Assembly: GCA_030770535.1 (NCBI GenBank)
Contig: JASVEC010000020.1
Span: forward strand, 496,001 to 560,000
Direction: 5' to 3'
Source: Batkoa obscura
Taxonomy: Eukaryota
Length of the DNA stretch: 64,000 bases
In this document: positions 61,111 to 64,000 of the stretch, piece by piece
How the letters are laid out: every line of letters begins with the position of its first letter
How positions within the stretch are numbered: position 1 is the first letter of the stretch
Notes under the pieces: model-generated
What the model was told of the DNA's origin: nothing
Database searches by the model: none
What the model saw: the letters and a program-made list of their open reading frames with translations, nothing else
Translations under genes and position numbers: made by a program

Positions 61111-61963
61111 ATATTTCTAATATGCCTCTAAATTTTATGGATTATATTATAATAATCATCTTTATAACTTTTTATTATAAACTCAACTTTTAAGAAGTTA
61201 TTGAAATTCATTTATTTTCTGAGATTTTAATTCAATTGATACAACTTTTTTTATAAATACATATATTCTAGTTTTTAATATTATAATTGTTTGTTGAATA
61301 TTATTGATTTTATTAAATCATTTTTAATGCAGTTATGTCATTTAAAGTTAGGCTATTTTATAAAATAGTAAGTATTAATATCAAAAAATACAATTTTTTA
61401 AAGTTAATTGAATTTTTAAGTACATTAAAATATTAATATACTTAAACGATTTAAAATCAGTATACTTATTGTATTTGTTTTCTATTCCTATTATGATTAT
61501 AATAATATAGTTACTTTTTCAGTATCTAGTAAATTAGTTTTAAGAAAGAGGTTTCAGTATTAGAACTTTTCCCAGTAAAAACAAATCCGCAAAAATAAAA
61601 CATTAAGAAATTCTTAAGCCCCTCACTTAATAACTCATTCAGAATTTACTTTTGTTTATATGCTAAATTTAGTGCTATTTCTCCTTATTGTTAAATTAAG
61701 ATAAAAGCTTCCCCTATTTACTATCAATAGTTTAAATAGTTCAATATTCAAAAAATATTTATCTACATAAAAACTTCAAATTTATATTAATTTATCACTA
61801 ACCAATGGTTAAAACGATAACAAACAAGCTTTAAAATTGAACTAGGACAATAAAACGAAGAATATAACTTTATATTGAACTCAGAAAAACCGAAAAAAAT
61901 AAAAAGGGACACTTTTTTAATATTAAGGATGCTGAATACAAAACATAAAAAAAAACGAAAACT

Positions 61964-63708
61964 CTATCTACCACAAAATGGAAACAGTTTACCCCAACAT
62001 GATGTTTTACTTTCTTCATTTTGATCCATATGTGAAGTCGTAAATGGATTCTGTGATTTATTTAAGGGTGTCGATGTCAATGCAGCAGAATTCATCGGGG
62101 TTGCTTGATAGGCACTTGCTTCATTATTTACTTGATAAGATTCCCTACCTTCCATTGGATATTTATTTGACACTTCAAACCTAGGTGATATTGGGCTAGA
62201 GACCACATTAGGTAATTGATTGATAGGCTTAGGACTAAATGCACTGGTATTATTGCCGCTGGGACCACGTTGTAAACTTGGTCTGGGGGTATTAATATCG
62301 GTATGTTTAGAGACATTCGAAGTAGCACCAATTAATAAGCTTTCATTTTGAGCATTTAAAAGTTTTGAAGTACCTAATGTAGCTTGTCTGGTTAATTTGT
62401 CACCTGAATTAATATTGGATGCTCTATTGATCTTAGTCTCACTCATCTTACCCTTTAATAACATCCAATCATACACACCATCATCTAACTCATTACTATT
62501 ACTCAACACCCTTTCAAATAAATTTATTAACTGATCGTATTCAGGTGTTTCTTCAAACCCTAATTTTCTGACATAGGTTAAATAAGTTGCAAACTCTTCT
62601 GGAAATCCTCGACATAACTCTTCGATTCCCGTTGTTTGTTTCTTTTCTCCAATCTTTTCATACTTTTGTTTATTTGTAGCTGCTTTTAATCCTTGCCATG
62701 GGAGCGATCCTCGTAAAAAGTACATAAAGACATGCCCTAAAGATTCAAGATCATCTCGACGCGATTGTTCTATTTAAATCTTAATATTCAATTTCATCAA
62801 CTTATACCCTTTCTTACCTCGTCCTAAATGGGTATTGATACTCATGTATCTAGCAGTGCCACTTAAACTTTTTCTTTCTCTGTACGGGATGTGCTGCTTT
62901 GTTTTTGGATCTCTATAAAACTTAGCCATACCGAAATCAATCATAAACACCATATTAGCATTTGGTGTAGAGGGATGACCAATCATGAAATTGTCCGGTT
63001 TAATATCCCGATAAATTAAACTTTTTTCATGAACTGATTGAACGCGTGCTATCTGGATAAAATATTGAATTAATTGAATAGAGTTAATTGGACAAAGTTG
63101 TAATTACCATATTCTTAGCCAACATAGCCACCGTTTTAATACTAAATTTGCGTTGGCATAAGTCAAATAAATCTTCTAAACTTTTTCCTAATAGATCAAT
63201 GCAAAGTAAATTGTGTTGCCCCTCAGTCCCAAAGTAGTACACTGCTGGGATACCCTCTATTTGAATGTAAAGTTAATAAATACTGGTCTTTATTATTTAT
63301 AAATTTAAATATTACCAGTTCCCTGAAGTATTTTATAGGTTCTATATTCGTCTTTTAATTGCGGGGCATCAGATTTTTTAGATTCCTAATAACAAAAATC
63401 AGTTTATCACTTCATTTTTAACAGTAGTGTTATAAATTACAAACTTGATCGCTACAGGTTGGTTATTTAACATATTTACCCCTATAATATCAAAGTTAGA
63501 ATGACATCAAAATGAAAAAGATCTCGATAGTATCATACTATCAACTGGATAGTCACCTACCTTCATAGATCACTCCAAAACTACCCTCCCCAATCTTTTT
63601 ACCCACTCTATAGTGAACACCTATGATGTTTGGTGAGCCCATCCCCATCGCTGAAGAAGCACCCAAGTTGGCTATCGTATGGTTATTACTCTGTCGATTT
63701 ACTGGCAT
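61964..63708 (-). CDS. YCK2: Casein kinase I (Yck1/2, CK1-gamma type), multi-exon
   Basis: [75 protein letters not shown]-terminal cysteines. Confidence 0.9.
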
Positions 63709-64000
63709 TTTGTCTTATATGAGTTAAGGTTAAATTATTAACTAATTCAAGGCGGTCGTAGTAATAAAAAAATAATTATATCAAACTGAGAGTAATGAAA
63801 GTGGTAGATTATAGTATTATAGTGTAAAGTATATAATAAAAGTATAATAAACGTAAATAATATTGGCTAAAAGTAAACGTCAATTGTATTAGTAGTAGTA
63901 TTAATTGAGCTATTGATGTCAGTGTATAATTCGTAGTGAATTATTTTAAGTTTGGTTGACTACTTTTAAAAAAAGGGGAGTTGAAATTATAATTTTTATA

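Noticed and set aside
52670..63708. Minor-spliceosome (U12) introns
   Set aside because: The donors I read are GTAAGT/GTAAAT/GTAATT/GTAG-type; no RTATCCT donors seen, though the check was not exhaustive.

Overview
Very AT-rich eukaryotic nuclear DNA with short (about 50-70 nt) GT-AG introns. The gene content looks like an early-diverging fungus; an Entomophthorales/Conidiobolus-like host is inferred, not shown. Housekeeping genes, most of them multi-exon and so fragmented or missed in the ORF track: RAD51, OCT1/MIP1, a PhyH-family dioxygenase, DUT1, VPS23, SEC61, an aldo-keto reductase, ATG27, IST3/RBMX2, a sepiapterin-reductase-like SDR, IMP2, OPI3, RRP8, ARV1, MDM20/NAA25, a TRIM37-like E3 ligase and casein kinase I. 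There are also three tRNA genes and two secreted proteins (a SUN-family protein and a protein with four six-Cys repeats). An accessory layer is interleaved with these: (i) an intronless F-box/LRR family with 4 intact and 4 decayed copies; (ii) about 18 copies of a ~98-bp MITE-like element with GGGGATGT...ACATCCCC termini and a 4-bp AT-rich target-site duplication, at least two inserted in F-box pseudogenes; (iii) an old inverted duplication of the DUT1 + F-box block that left an intron-retaining dUTPase pseudogene; (iv) possible decayed DDE transposase remnants. ATG27 has one in-frame TAA in an otherwise intact gene. All exon models and alignments were made by eye.
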